This document shows positions 1 through 14,110 of a DNA stretch of 64,000 nt, piece after piece. The position numbers and the translations under genes are program-made. This DNA is from Trichoplax adhaerens (lineage: Eukaryota > Animalia > Placozoa), in the NCBI RefSeq assembly GCF_000150275.1, contig NW_002060944.1:7306756-7370755 (forward strand), in the 5' to 3' direction. Under the pieces are notes generated by a model, which was not told the DNA's origin, searched no databases, and saw only the letters and a program-made list of their open reading frames with translations. How positions within the stretch are numbered: position 1 is the first letter of the stretch; every line of letters starts with the position of its first letter.

Positions 1-3000
1 TTACTATCGGTAAGTTATAGATTCTACTAATGAAATTATCTTGCTGTTAAGAGCTATGCTTGAATTGATCTTTTTCTACTAACACTTCTTACTTATACGC
101 ATACAACAGAAACTATTGCCTCAACAACTGTCGTAACTACAATTCCAACAACACAACCAACACCTGCAGCAAGTTAGTAAAATCAGCTATAGTGAATAAT
201 TCTGAGTAAGAGGTTTAATCGTTTATTATATTACTATGAAAAGACAGTAACTGTACTATTTATTAGTCATGCTACGTTATAGTAATTCCGTTGTTAAAAA
301 GAAATAAAATAAGTCTGAGTAACATAGGACGTGAAGTTGTTCATAGTATTTTTATGGAAAGGTAGCAATTATACTTCAATTTTATCGCAACTGTGCTATA
401 TTTTAGAAAGAAAGGAACAATTTTAACAGTAATAGCACTTGTTTTCAGCATTGTTATGAAAGACAGCAGCTACATTGCTAATACAATATTATCCTATGCC
501 ATAGTAGTCTTGAAGTAGCTTTTAAAAGAAGATTGAATCGTTGTGAGGAAAAAGCAATACTAAATTGTGTTATGGGAAATGTTAACTTGTTCCTAGCATT
601 GCTATGAAAGACAGCAGCTACATTGCTAATACAGCAATACGCTATACTATAGTAACCTTGAAGTAGTTTAAAAAGAAAACTAAATCGTTACGGGGAATAA
701 AGAATATTAAATCATGTAATAGAAAATGCTAACTTGTTCCTAGCATTGCTACGAAAGACAGCAGCGATATTGCTAACGAAGCTATTCTATAGCAGTCTTG
801 AAGCAGTTTTAAAGAAGATTGAAGATTGAAATCTTTGAGCAGTTGTGATGTATAAGGGAATGTTAATCATATAGCAGGAAATGCTAACTTGTTCTTAGCA
901 TTACTATGAAAGAGAGCAGCTACATTGCTGAATCTGCAACATACTACGTTAAAATAGACTTAAAGTAGTTTAAAAGCAGATCACATACAAGGAGATATCC
1001 TATTTATAACAATAATAGTGTATGCGATAAGTGGATATAGTTGTTAGTAATGGTTTATTATATATAGCCTAGATTTAGTTTTAGAGAAGAATAAATAATT
1101 TTTAGTAATAGAGAATGTCAAGTTGTTCATAGCAATACAGTGAAAAAGCAACAGCTTGTAAAGTAAAGTTAAGCTATGTTATAACAGTCTTGCTGTGATT
1201 TTTGAGAGGAATAAGTCTGAGTAACAAGAAACGCCATTCACAGCATCACTATGAGAAGATGGCGGTGATACTATTGGTATGTTAAAGCGGTTTTGCTACG
1301 TTCTTTTGAGAGAGAGGGATCGCTCTGAAAATAGGGGCATTAAGTTGTTTAAGGTATTATTATCGGACGATTCACATCGCGCTTATACTTATAGTTATAT
1401 TTGATTATAGCAGTTCGCTGTGATGAATAGTTCTGAGTAATAAGGAAAAGTTATTCGTAGCATTGCTAAGGGATGATGGGATCTATAATATTTGTGTAGT
1501 AGCGCTAGATTATAGCAAGTTTATTGCAGTTTTATAATGAATTTGAATTACTTACCTTAAAATCGTTTTCTTCCAAGTCCATCAATATCTTGAATATTAA
1601 CATAAGACCATATATAGCTTTATAAGTTAACACATTTCCTATTGGAAATAAGATCATGATTGCTAGTCTGCCCTAGATCATCTATTTTTCCTATCAATTC
1701 TTTCCTATGACTTATTTGCTGATACTGATCTATTTTTGCACCATTTCTCTATTTTAGCCACTAGGATACCTTGTAATGGTCAATGCCATGCGAATGCTAC
1801 CTGCCAAGGCTCGGGAGGAAATGAAAGATGCGAATGTGAATCTAGCCTAGGATATTATGGAGACGGGATTACATGTACAGGTAGAACAAGAATCAATAAT
1901 TTGAATCCTTTTTTAGTTTACAATTCTGTATACAGCATCTAAGTAACAGTTTAAGGACTATTTATATTGTTATAGAATTTACTGACGATCTACGCATATT
2001 TTATCTCTTGCCCCAATTAGAAAATAAATGCATTACTAATCCTAATGCCTGTGGAGTCAAGGCTACATGTTCCAATACTAGTACAAGCTACTTTTGCCAA
2101 TGCAAATTCGGTTATTATCTATCTTCAACGGTAGGAAACCACCTAACGGTGAAAACGGACAGTTCGTGCTTACGTAAGTTATAGTTATAAACTGGAAGAA
2201 ATTTTATCTATAAGAAAGAGACCGATAGATCAAAGTAATCCCACTTTTAATATGCGACATAAATTTTGACTAAATAATACGGATGCTGCTCTAGTATTAG
2301 CATTGATATAGCTTAAAGATTCATTAACGTTTATTTTTTTTTATTGAAAGCGACACATAATCGATAGCTAGAATTAAAATAAACTATTTCTAATGACAAG
2401 ATTTTTAGTCACTTATAATGTCAGAAATGGTAATAAATATCGATATGAACACGATGGAAAAAATGACAATTACTGTAGATAGCTCCATTTTTCTGTAATT
2501 ATTTTAGCTAATTTCTCAGTTCCCTATTATCATATAGAAGATACTTTATATTATGAAAAGATATGTGAATGAGAACAAACATTATCATATTAAACATTAC
2601 TGGATTAGTTTGACGTAAAGGGAATATAAAGCATCTTGACTAGTTCTATCAAGGAAAATAAATCATTATCTTAGTGTTTTGATTTAAATTGTAACTATAT
2701 ATCCAGAGAAGTTAATGATTCAAAAAGGTTCAAGAAAGCAGTAGCAACTTTTCCTTTACTAATCGATAAAGTATTCATATTTGTAATCAATCTGAGCTAT
2801 TAAATAGTTGTTTGCAATCTTTAAATAATACATAGTTGTCGGAAAAGACATCTAAATCGATTAATTTGCAATTTTTGTGCGTAGTTACTTTATACGAGTA
2901 CGTTAAGTTAAAACTTTCAAAAAATATTTCCATTTCATAATATTAAGAAAGATGCCGCTGCACAAGTTGTAGAAAATTAAATTATACATTTAAGAAATGT

Positions 3001-6000
3001 CAGGGAATGACATGTGCAGGGATTGAGAATATTTCTTTTACCTACGTTGATAAATCGAGCTATGATACTTTCATTTTGGAAAACAGTATTACTATCATGA
3101 TAACTTATTAAAATTCGATCATTCCACGAGTTAGAAAGTTCATTAACTATAAATGAGACGTTCATTTTAATGTTTGGCCATTATAGAGGAAAAAGCGATG
3201 ATAATATCATAAATCCTAATATTTAATTTTATCAAGTAGAATCAATCTTCATCTCGCTAACAGATATAAATATCCATGGCATGTTATTAAAGATAGATAC
3301 TATTAATAAGAATAGTAAGCATTTACAGTATATCAATGCCTTATCTTCATGTTAATTGAGTAAATAGTGATATTATAATGAATCTTCAATTTCATTAAGC
3401 GACAGTTCAAGTAAAATTGATCTATTCTATTTTCGGGCTATTAAAGTAAAGTATTAGCTACGTACATGAAATATGTCATACTCACGACGGGCCAAATAAT
3501 TATGAATTCAATTATAATTTCAGTCGGACTGACATATAATGGAGAAATTGGCTTTAAGAATGCGTACGGTCCATCTTATACCCCCATCAGTAATTCTAAT
3601 GTAACTCAACTATTTTCTATACTGAAAGATATGGTAAGTAAAATATCACAACTAGAAGATGTCCCCCAAATGATTCAAATATACCATAAATCATTTACTA
3701 TTAAGTTGACATCTTGCTATCTTATAAGTAAATGTTAATATTACTGCTTTCTGTATCCATATAACCTTTTTATTATCTAATCACAATAATTGCAGATTAA
3801 CAATGAAAGTAAGTATATAAACTTTAATTAATTTACTTGGAATATAATAGATTCAGCAAGTACTCAATACAAATTCAACTACAAAGGGTCGTTATCATGC
3901 GATCGATCTCACTTCTATTGGGTAAATCGAGTTAGTTTTACTCTATGTATGGGTATAAACGTAAATAAGTAGCAGTAACATACAGAGAGACAGTAGTAGA
4001 AATGATGCAGTTTAGATAAGAATTAAATTAGAACTTATAAAAATTTTATAGATATAGATCTTATAGAATGATAGGATATCTATTTCTTTTCCAATACCTT
4101 ACGATATGCTTTATCAAATTAATACCTTAGGAAAAGAGATCCTAATAATCTTCTTCTGCGTTATCTGCTTGTCATGAAGAATGGAAGCGATTATCTTCAG
4201 CCGGACTTCCTTAGTAAAGTACTGAAAGAAAAAATTCGAGATGTTGGACCACTAACCGCAATTACTTTTTCATTTAGCGGTAAATCTATTTGCAACTATC
4301 ATACTTAATTTAGATACAAATAATTTTTCAACTTTATATTAATATCTCATAATTTACTGTATTAAATTTAAATAATGCTATTATAGAAATTATTGATTAC
4401 TTGAAAAACCTACAAGTTACAATCACTTAGTAGTTATTGTTTTTCTATTTGATTAATATCGGTGGTTTCAACTTGCAATTATAACGTAGTTATAAATTTT
4501 ATTTAATGATGTTAATTTCTTATGTAGTCTACGTTTGTAGTATCATTCATCTTTTCATAATAAGCGATTAATATTGCACCTATTACAGGTAATCTTTATC
4601 GAATTAAACGTCTTAAACGGTTAGCCTATTTTTATAGTAATATGCTGTCAGTTAGTCTGACTATACCAGTATCAAATATTACTACTTTCCAAGAGAATAA
4701 TAATACTGTAGATAGATATCTCATAAAATATTTTACTTCAAAGCATAAATAATTATGCAAGGTATTAGTAGTTTTCAAATATTAACAAAATATATTTATG
4801 TTTTTTTAGATGCTAATGAATGTGAAAATTCTGAAATTAACACATGTAACTCAACTATTTCAACTTGCATTGACCTGGTGGGAAAATTTGTTTGTGAATG
4901 TCGGGCGAATTATTACGCAAACAATACCAATAATGGTTGCATTGGTACGTTATTATACGCTTGTGTATGAGTATACTGTACATTTCTTACTTTGCTCTTT
5001 TGCTTACATTTTTTAAGTTATCGACAAGAATTATTAATTCTCTTTAACAAATAGTTTGAGCATTTTATTTCCTTTTCGTTTATTCAGATCTGAGTTTAAA
5101 TTCTCATTTTATACCATATAACACAGAAAGTTCATTACGCGAACTATTTTTCTTATGTAGAACCCGATCTATGCCGAGATTTTAATAATTGTAGAAATGG
5201 AGCAACATGTCTAACTATCAATCGTAAGGTGGTTTGTAGGTATGTTGTCTTAGCTATTAAAATAGTGCACTCATACATCTAAGTGAAAATCAGGGGCTTG
5301 CATACTGATGAGTATATATCCTCTGTGAATATTAACTTAAAATGAACACTGTATGTATAAATAGCTTTAATACTTTATTTATGAATATGTTTAGATGCAG
5401 TTTCTTGTTCAAAGGAAAGCAGTGCCAATTTTTAACCGGTAAGTTGATAAATTTATAGATGTACCCGTCTACATGGATCGTAGTAAATTCGGAAGGTTTA
5501 TTTTCGCGTATGCCTGTTTGAGTTAGAATATTTGCAATCAGTATTAATTAAATATATAGTAGCTAGGTATCAGGTATTTATTTTAAGGTTTAGCATACTA
5601 GTGTATTGTTGCTATTATTTAATAAATAGTGTATTGACTGTAGATAATTTTGTCGTCATTAATTTGTATAATTCTATATCATCAGTAAAATTGATGACTC
5701 ATTCTAAATAAAATTCATCCTAACATATAGCGCAAAAAATATCATATTTGAGTCGTAGTTTATAATAACAATATTTATCTTCTATGAAGCATAAATCAAA
5801 TTGAACATAGCTATTTGCTTAAGATGATAAAGAGCAATGATAACAATGTACGATAGTTTAAAATGCATAATTCTAGCATAATTATGTTACTATGTTAAGG
5901 CTTGTTATGGTTTGAAATTATCTATCTGATAAAGAGAGGACATCAAACAGTAAATAAGACAAATAAAGTTTACCCATCAATTTACTTTGTGAGATCTTCT

Positions 6001-7162
6001 TTAAAGTAATTAAATATATACTATAGTTTTAGCATGATCATGCATTAACCGGGTTTATCAAGATTGATATCTGAATGCTGTCATAGTTAAGCTATAAGTT
6101 GGAGGGATTTATAAAAGCTAGTATCAAATATAAATTTATGCTCCGAAGGCTACCATAATATGATCATTTCATTATTTCAATGTAGAAGGCGGAATTGTGG
6201 TATTAACTGCCTGTGGAGGTTGCATAGTTCTTATAGCTTTGGCTATCTCATTCGTTTATTACTACAAACTGGCAACACAGTAAGACTAGTTAATTATCGT
6301 AGTCATTATAGTGCTTTATAGGATTCAATTTATCTTTCTTAAATTAATTTATATGATATTTTAGCCCCTAAATGTGTAAATTCTAGTTAATTTATTGATT
6401 ACTCATGTACAGGCCCAACAGTAAAGCAAGGTATGAAAACACCGGAAGACGACGAAGTTTATTACCTAATTCTGATTCACCGCCATCACCACAACGTCCT
6501 TTAAGTGCTCAGTTAGGAGATGAAAATTCAGCAGCTTTAAGTGGCTCAACAGTACCTCTAACAACGAATGAAAGCCAACCGAGACATACTGGTGCATATG
6601 AAACCGTTGAAATGGTAAATATACTTGTATAGGATTTTTCTGTAGCTTAGAAGATATCTTAATTTACATATATGACTCCATAATCTGATTACGATATATT
6701 TATCTATTTCGCGGTTATTGTTAGTATATTCATGGCAAAATATAGGAGAGAAAAAAGCAATAGCTGTACCTTTTAAACTATGATTACTATGCATGAAAGC
6801 AGAAAAATTTTTTGTTCTAACAAGAAACAGTAGTACATAATACATAATTATGCTACGATAACCGACGATAGGATGTATTTAAAAAAAAATTTTGTTTATA
6901 TTTATCGTATTATTATCTCAGCAATTGACATAAGTTGAGTAAAATGCTTGCGAGCTAATAAATAGTATACTGTAGATAATTTCTTACTTACGACATAATT
7001 GCATTCCAATAATATATAAATGATGATAGTAATCGCTTGGCTTTAATGATCCAGATAAAGCTCAGAAGTGCAATTTGGCTCTTATAACATAACTCAATGC
7101 CTATTGTCTTATTATTTTTCTCCACATAGGCTCAATATAGCAAGCAAACTATCGATCTGTAG
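1..7162 (+). CDS. Gene A (5'-partial): transmembrane mucin-like protein, S/T stalk-EGF-EGF-SEA-cbEGF-EGF-TM-cytoplasmic tail (MUC13/HEG1-like layout)
   Basis: Phase-consistent GT-AG exons: <1-9, 110-172 (ETIASTTVVTTIPTTQPTPAA), 1758-1880 EGF, 2021-2173 EGF, 3524-3633 + 3796-3808 + 3861-3921 + 4131-4279 SEA-like, 4810-4944 cbEGF (DANEC), 5161-5239 + 5395-5438 EGF, 6186-6279 TM (GIVVLTACGGCIVLIALAISFVYYY), 6413-6614 and 7130-7162 tail, TAG at 7160-7162. Confidence 0.85.
195..1500. repeat. Degenerate intronic tandem repeat (about 110-150 bp unit) in gene A intron 173-1757
   Basis: Core ttgttcctagcattgctatgaaagacagcagctacattgct recurs at about 439, 587, 734 and 888. More decayed copies lie near 337, 1122, 1240 and 1450. 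The motif tctgagtaa recurs near 201, 315, 1216 and 1432. Confidence 0.75.
3524..4279 (+). CDS. Gene A SEA-like domain (4 exons including a 13-nt microexon)
   Basis: Translates as LGLTYNGEIGFKNAYGPSYTPISNSNVTQLFSILKDM-INNEI-LNTNSTTKGRYHAIDLTSIG-KRDPNNLLLRYLLVMK...ITFSFS. The first exon is 110 nt with the same phases as the SEA exons of genes B and C, and it lies between EGF domains. Confidence 0.7.
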
Positions 7163-10100
7163 AAATGATGTACGTATAATATTTATCATAAGGTTACCTT
7201 AACGATATATCGATAAAGTGAATTATGGTGAAACACCATTTTGTATTAGTAAATGATGTATTACCAACTATTAATTCGATAATTATAATTAATGTTTGGG
7301 TTTAATGACGTGATTATCTGTTAATACGATTTTTATTAATAATCCGTAGAACGAAGACTGAAATTAATGCACTGGACAGTGAAATATTATTAAAGACTAG
7401 ATAAATAGTCAAGACTTTATGGAAAGGATATTAACAAGATTACCCTGTCTTTATTTCTCGTAAAGGCAGAAAATAGCTATTAATTATTCAATGTACTATA
7501 GAGTGGATAATAAAGTTTAATGTATTTCATGTTAAAACTATATCGAATTTTAACAAATTTGATTATACAACTATCTATGACTCATTCTTCTTTTTATCGC
7601 AGTTAATCGATATTAAACTGATTATTTACTAAGAGCAAGTATATCTAATTTCAAAGGTATCAAATTGCACTACTGTAAGACAATTACGATAGTAGAATAG
7701 TAAATCGTAATTTGGTTGGTATAAGAAAATTTTCAATTTCTATAATGGCTTCAGTTCACGATGAGTTAGATATTGATATTCTCATTTCAATTAGCGTGTG
7801 TTAATTTAAGCCTTCTTAACTACTTAATCTGCTAAGCTTGGAGTATTTTTTAGTGTTGAACAATGTTAGTTTAGCTAAATTTAAAATATGAATTAAATTT
7901 TAATAGCCTATGTGAAAGAAAAGGTAAAGAAAGACACTTATCACTTAAGCTGGATATATATGAGTAAACCTATTATTTTTGCTCTTAAAAATATTCAATC
8001 TAATGCATCTGAATGCTGAGATATAATCCTTCCTACTTGGCCTTACGTATTTGCTTTCACCGAAAGGTTGCTATTATGGAGCTATTATAAAAATTGTGTA
8101 GTTTAATGGCTAATTTTTGAATTACTATGTGTGTAACTACGTGTATTTAATATTTACCAATTAATCATCATATGCAATCGTCTTCAACTTTATTAGCGCT
8201 ATTGATAACATGCGGATATTATTATTATTCGTACCTATAGATACGCTATTGATCATGACTGTAAACGTTCTTGCTTATTTACTGTAACTGTGTGCTCTTG
8301 GGATTAAATTTCCCAAATTAGATTGTGTAATATCTCTTTTGTCCAGATTTTCAGTTAAAATTCTCTTACTTTATCAAGCTGTTTAGCCGAATAGTGTTTC
8401 ATCTACAGTATCGTGATTTTATTGCTAAATTTCTAGAATTAAGACCGCTATTGGATAATTATATTCCGGTCTTTAGACTTATGTAATGGTGAATAAAAAT
8501 TATACTGTATCTGAGAATCTATCTATTGTAATAGTAATGTCATGCCTATTCATTGATCATGATTGCTTTATAGTGGTGTACTAATTGTAAGTTTGGACGT
8601 TAGCTTAAACGAATAATTCGTGTACCTTTCCTTACAATATTCTTGTACACAAACTGTAAAAATTAGTCACGTAACCATATTTGACATAGATTCACATATG
8701 TGAAATATGAATTTGTAAAGGGATTAGATCTATAATATCCATTAGATAGTACTGTATACAGTATGTGCAATAACTATGGTGATTTGTACTGTAGGTGTGA
8801 TTCTGATAATGTAATGCTAGGTAATCCCTTTTATTGATGCTGCATTATAAACGTGTGTATAGTTTTATGAGCAATAATTTCTGCTCGTACATATGTCTAT
8901 ACAGGTAAATATCGTAGATTAAAACTTGAAAAATAAAACAATTTTAGCTTATGAGCCTAGAGTTAGATACAGTATCTGAAAAAACACTGAAATATGATAA
9001 GTAGCAAAATCGATATTTGTTTGCATGTCTATTCAATACAAGCGCGTTTTAAGCTCATTATGAATTTTGTTTTGATAAAATTGATCACCTGGACCTAAGG
9101 CTTTGCAAAAATTATAATCTTACAAAATTAATATGAGTGGATGCCAATTAGTAAAATCTTTACGACGGACATGAAGTGAGAAAGTATGTTATTGTGTAAG
9201 TATAACTAGTTGCTTATGTATAGGTTACAGCCAATATCCGAAGTTTAAGAGATTATAGCTAGTATGTGTCGCTAATGATGCTAAACTAACTTTGATGCAG
9301 AGATAAAAGTGAACTAGTAACGTGCAAAACTAATTTTTATTAAAAAATCGCCAGCATTCGTTAACATTGCTACGGTACCTAATGCATTTTAAGTTGCTAA
9401 GAAAGCAGTTTATATTACTTTCTTTATGACACCAGTAATAATAGCACCTGATTATTTTTGAACTCCCATGCGGATTATTAATGTATACTTAGTGAATAAT
9501 ATGTTAAATCTTTACAATAGATAGATACCACACCCTAATCAAGTTATTGACGTAAATATAACGATAGATATGCCTATCTGCTGTGGTAATCTTAAAAGTT
9601 ACCGTAATTATTAGCAAATCTATATATATCTTCACTCCAACTACAGTAATTCGCATTCCATGGCGAATCATAACTAATTATCTACAATTCAATAGTTAAC
9701 ACTATTGCATGATTACGTAAAAGGAAATATACTATTTAAATTATAATCAATGGTATAGCAATGTAATGTACAAAATACGAAATTTGTGAGATTCTTAAGT
9801 AGGTTTAATCGAGAGAAAGACCATAATACCTAAGTTAGATTGGAGACCAGATTTCATTTATTTATGATTCTGTAATTATTGCTTGAAGCTATATCATTAT
9901 CGTCTTTAAAGCATACTAATATTAAAAAGGGATTTTAGATATACGCGTATTTTAAATCATGGTACAGTATAAAAGTAATTGATGTGTCATTTGTCTAAAT
10001 TGATAGGTAGTGCAAGTATTTTATGCCTAGGGCTAGGATTAAAAAGGCCTATTCTCGCAATTAATGGTAGTATCAATCACTTATATAAATCTACTGCTCC

Positions 10101-13100
10101 ACAAAATTATTATTTCATATCTTTAAAGGAGAATGTTAAAGTATCATTAATTGAGATGCAAATAAAAATAGGTCAATTATTTGATCTAATTTCTGAAGCT
10201 TTGCAATTGATGTTAGACCATGCTATTAATCATCAGTTCTATCTGACATACAATTACAAGTCCATAAATTAGGTCTTGATCAGTGATATTATTGAAGTAA
10301 AATTGTAATTATGAACGAAGATTTCGGCGTTGTATTGTTGCTTTCAAAAGCTATATTGTATTGCGATCCGGTACTTGGATAATAATTTCCTATCTCTTGT
10401 CATGATTATATTAATTCGTGAATTATGCTTAGACATGAATGTTATAATGTACTATGATAGAGTAATCATTTTAGTATCTTAATCAGTTCCACTCTTGATT
10501 TTTGAATCATCTCATTCATATGCTTTGGCGGGCGCGGCACCATATGTTGATTGCGATAAATGGAATATGCTGCAGCGGTGACGGACTCCACGGAAGTAGT
10601 GAACAGTGTATTTTAGGAACTATCATCACTATCCAAAATATAGGGTACATTCAAGAATCTAATGCCACCGTCCCGTTACTTGATCCAAGATCGTTGATCT
10701 AGATAGCTACAAATAAATATTATTTTCTACTGATAAGGCTGTAATTATCGTAATAATGATTTCTTTTCATTATTTCTCTTAGATAATAACGGGCGAGGTT
10801 GGGGTAATTATCGACGCTCATACCGTAATAGATAAACTATAGACTATTTTTTTAATGTTTTTGGAAATTATGATCATTAATAACAAGATTACATCAAATA
10901 TGCAAGATCAATTGGAGATCAGGTTGAAATATCTAATAAGATATAAATTTGACATAGAAGCGAGGGCACTGTATCAAAATTACAGATACTCCTATATTTT
11001 AACCAATGGATAGATACGTTACAGAGCAAGATAATTATGTAACTAAGATTCTTGGAGTTCTATCGTATAGACTATAATTTAATTATAGAATAATAATTGT
11101 TCCATAATTTAAAAGGTTGCGGTCTATATGCTTTTCGTAACAGGGCTTTAATTAGAAATTATTTTTGATTCTACGCAAAGTTGTCTGTTTGCGGCATATT
11201 TACTCCTATTTGTTATTATTCATTGGTTGTTTAATAGAGCACAAAGTCTCAGCTGGATATTTCCTAGATTGAGCTGCCTTCTCAGCCAATTGATAGTCTC
11301 GACAAGATTTTTCACGTGATGGTACACGCAGATCTCCACTGTTCTGAGAATCAATCGGGAGAGGCAGGAAAAACTGAGTTATACTTATACGTATGCTCGT
11401 TTGGCATGCATATCCATTTAAGTAGCTTAAAATTTCTTGCTAATAACCCTTGTAGTTGTTGAACGTGTTATATTGAAACTATTGATAAAGGGAACGATAA
11501 TTTATTTCTTAATAAAATTAAACAATAAATTATCAAATGATGGTAAGTACTTACTTTACCAAAGCATATATTATAGGAACTTTTAAGTTGATGTATAGCT
11601 CGCGATCCCAGAGTAAAAGTTGTATCTAGTTATTTTAGTATTCCTACGTCAAAAATATAGATAAAGGAAATGATAATTTACTACTAACTAAAATTGGCAC
11701 AATAAATTTTGCTATCAATGATTGTAGACCCGTACTTTACCGGAATATACACTTTAATAATTACTAGTATCGATTGCTGATGTTACTAGTATAAGCACAT
11801 ACATTGAAGTTGAATGATCCAATATTTAGATCTAGTTTTATTTCATGGCTATGATAGTCATAAACATTTGATATTTTAGTTCTAGGTTGTCAATACACTT
11901 TAGTCTTACCGTGCTAACAATTTCTTTACAATAAAGTTTTAGGAGCCACGACAGTTCAACGTTGGCACTGTCATGTTATTGCAGATTATATCCTGCTATG
12001 AGCAGCATCGTATCCCGTCAGGAAAACATTTCCGTGTTTATCACGATTTAAAACAGGCATTGCCCTGACGCTGCCAAATAAATGAGAACAAAAATCACTT
12101 CATAAAATAAAATATATCAAGATGATAAACAATAAGGAGGATTATAAAACTAGAAGCGTAAATTAGTCGGCTAATAAAGGCTGTTTGAGATCCTTTACTC
12201 TAAGTTGCTTGTAGTAGAAAATTTTTTTATCATGTTTAAATCTTGATTGAAGTAATAATGTAATAAAAATATTTTAAGCTATATTTTATTATCTGCTAAT
12301 TGCAAGATGGCTTTATAGATTAAACTATTTAAGGATAGGAACATAGTTACGATATTTCCTTATAGAATTAAATGATCGCGATATCATAATGTATGAGGAA
12401 GGAAATACAATAAAATTTTACTTTCTTATGATTAGGCATTGTCATATTGACGGAAAGTCAAATAAGAAACAATAATTGATGATACTACTACCATAAGGCT
12501 TAAAAGGCAGTTTATCGTTATTAAAGAAATTCGATATTAATATCCAATAATTAGCTGCAGATATGATAACAAACAGAGATCGCCATGTTGCTATCAAGTT
12601 TTCTGACAGTTTCAGAAAGTATTCATCGCTGATTTGAAGCAAAACCGTACTACTATACTTTTGTCCGAGTAAGATATCCCAATCACAATTATTAATCATC
12701 ACTTTGATAACAATAAGAATCGTCTGTAACTGTATTATAATTACTTAATTATATATAGTTATTGATTTACGTCATAGATAACAATCAATTGCTGAGACTC
12801 TAGCAAGTTCTCTGCTGTAATTCATGTTTTTAACAGGTGGTGATGTAGCATGTAGTAAGTGAATTAATGGAAAGGTTGATTTTAAAATGAGCCGGGTTCA
12901 GCGTGGAAGAAATTCTACTGATCTAACTTTATATAAATTTTCGAAAGCTCTGTTATATATATAAGTTCACAAAAATTATCTATGTGTAGTACTACTGGTG
13001 AGAGATACATGAACAGTGATGCCATTGATGTACAATTATTCAATGGGCGCGTATACATGATTTATTGCGCTTTAAATAAGCATAATAATAATAGATCAAA

Positions 13101-14013
13101 GGAATACACGGTAGACTTATGTCGTGTATCCGCTGCGCCATTGTATCCATTATTTGCATTATAATAACTAATATAACCTACTGCTGTTATATTATCAAAA
13201 TTTTACTAGAAAACAACAATCCCATCTCATATACAGTTTCATAAGTCATAACGAATTAGATACTATTTTTCCTATGTTGTCGAACTTTATTTTAAGCGTT
13301 AAATAAATATACTTCTGTATGTCCATGCATTGTTATAGAAATTCTTGTAATGTGCCAAGTTATATCGTTGTCGTTGACAATGCTTTATGATCATTGATAT
13401 CAAGGGCACTAAATTTGATAATTTAACCTATGCTTAATCTGTTTAATTTTACTGATAGGAAAGTTTAATTGAGCGCTAGATCAGCAGACGAAATTATTTT
13501 TCTTTTTAGAATGACGCAGATCGATAGCGATTTTCATAGCATGCCATTGTGATTACTCACCACTAATATCAAGCTAACAGGTTGTAGGGATGTTTGAGTT
13601 CAGCATGGGGCCTACAGAGGAGGAATGATGAGCCTAAATACATATAAAGCACAAAAGTTAGATTTGGTTCTAGACAATAAGGCACGACGACGTCTGAACC
13701 TATCATTAAAACATGAAAAATAGAATGCAGTTAGGAGTAGTTAAGCCACTAACATACTCATACAGTACATAGAGTTAAACTGATGAAACTACACGATTAA
13801 TGAATGATAATTGTGGTATTAAATGACAATAGTTGAAGCTATTAACAATGATGTGAAGGGAAATCACTTAGACTCTATTTGTCGCATCATAAAGTATAAT
13901 TTACGAGTGAATTATACTGACGTTGGTTACCGAGTTTAGTCATTTATGATGGGCAGGCAAGAATTGAAATCTTGTCTAGTCAACAGGTAGAATTTATCTA
14001 AAATTGAGAAAAA

Positions 14014-14110
14014 ATGAAGAAAAATTCTGTGTCCATCTTCCAATCGCCATTATTAAAGCTCTTTCTGCACATAATTTTGATATCGCTATGCCTACCTAGC
14101 CCAACTTTAG
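14014..14110 (+). CDS. Gene B first coding exon: signal peptide
   Basis: [33 protein letters not shown] followed by a strong G|gtaagt donor. It has the same length (97 nt) and phase as the gene C signal exon. Confidence 0.82.

Noticed and set aside
7509-7514. AATAAA as the gene A polyadenylation signal
   Set aside because: The hexamer is too frequent in this AT-rich DNA to call without 3' end data.
7200-13900. Short ORFs (9979, 10502, 12442, 12982) as genes or a transposon
   Set aside because: AT-rich composition with no domain, no exon chain, and no terminal repeats or transposase/RT motifs that I could recognise.
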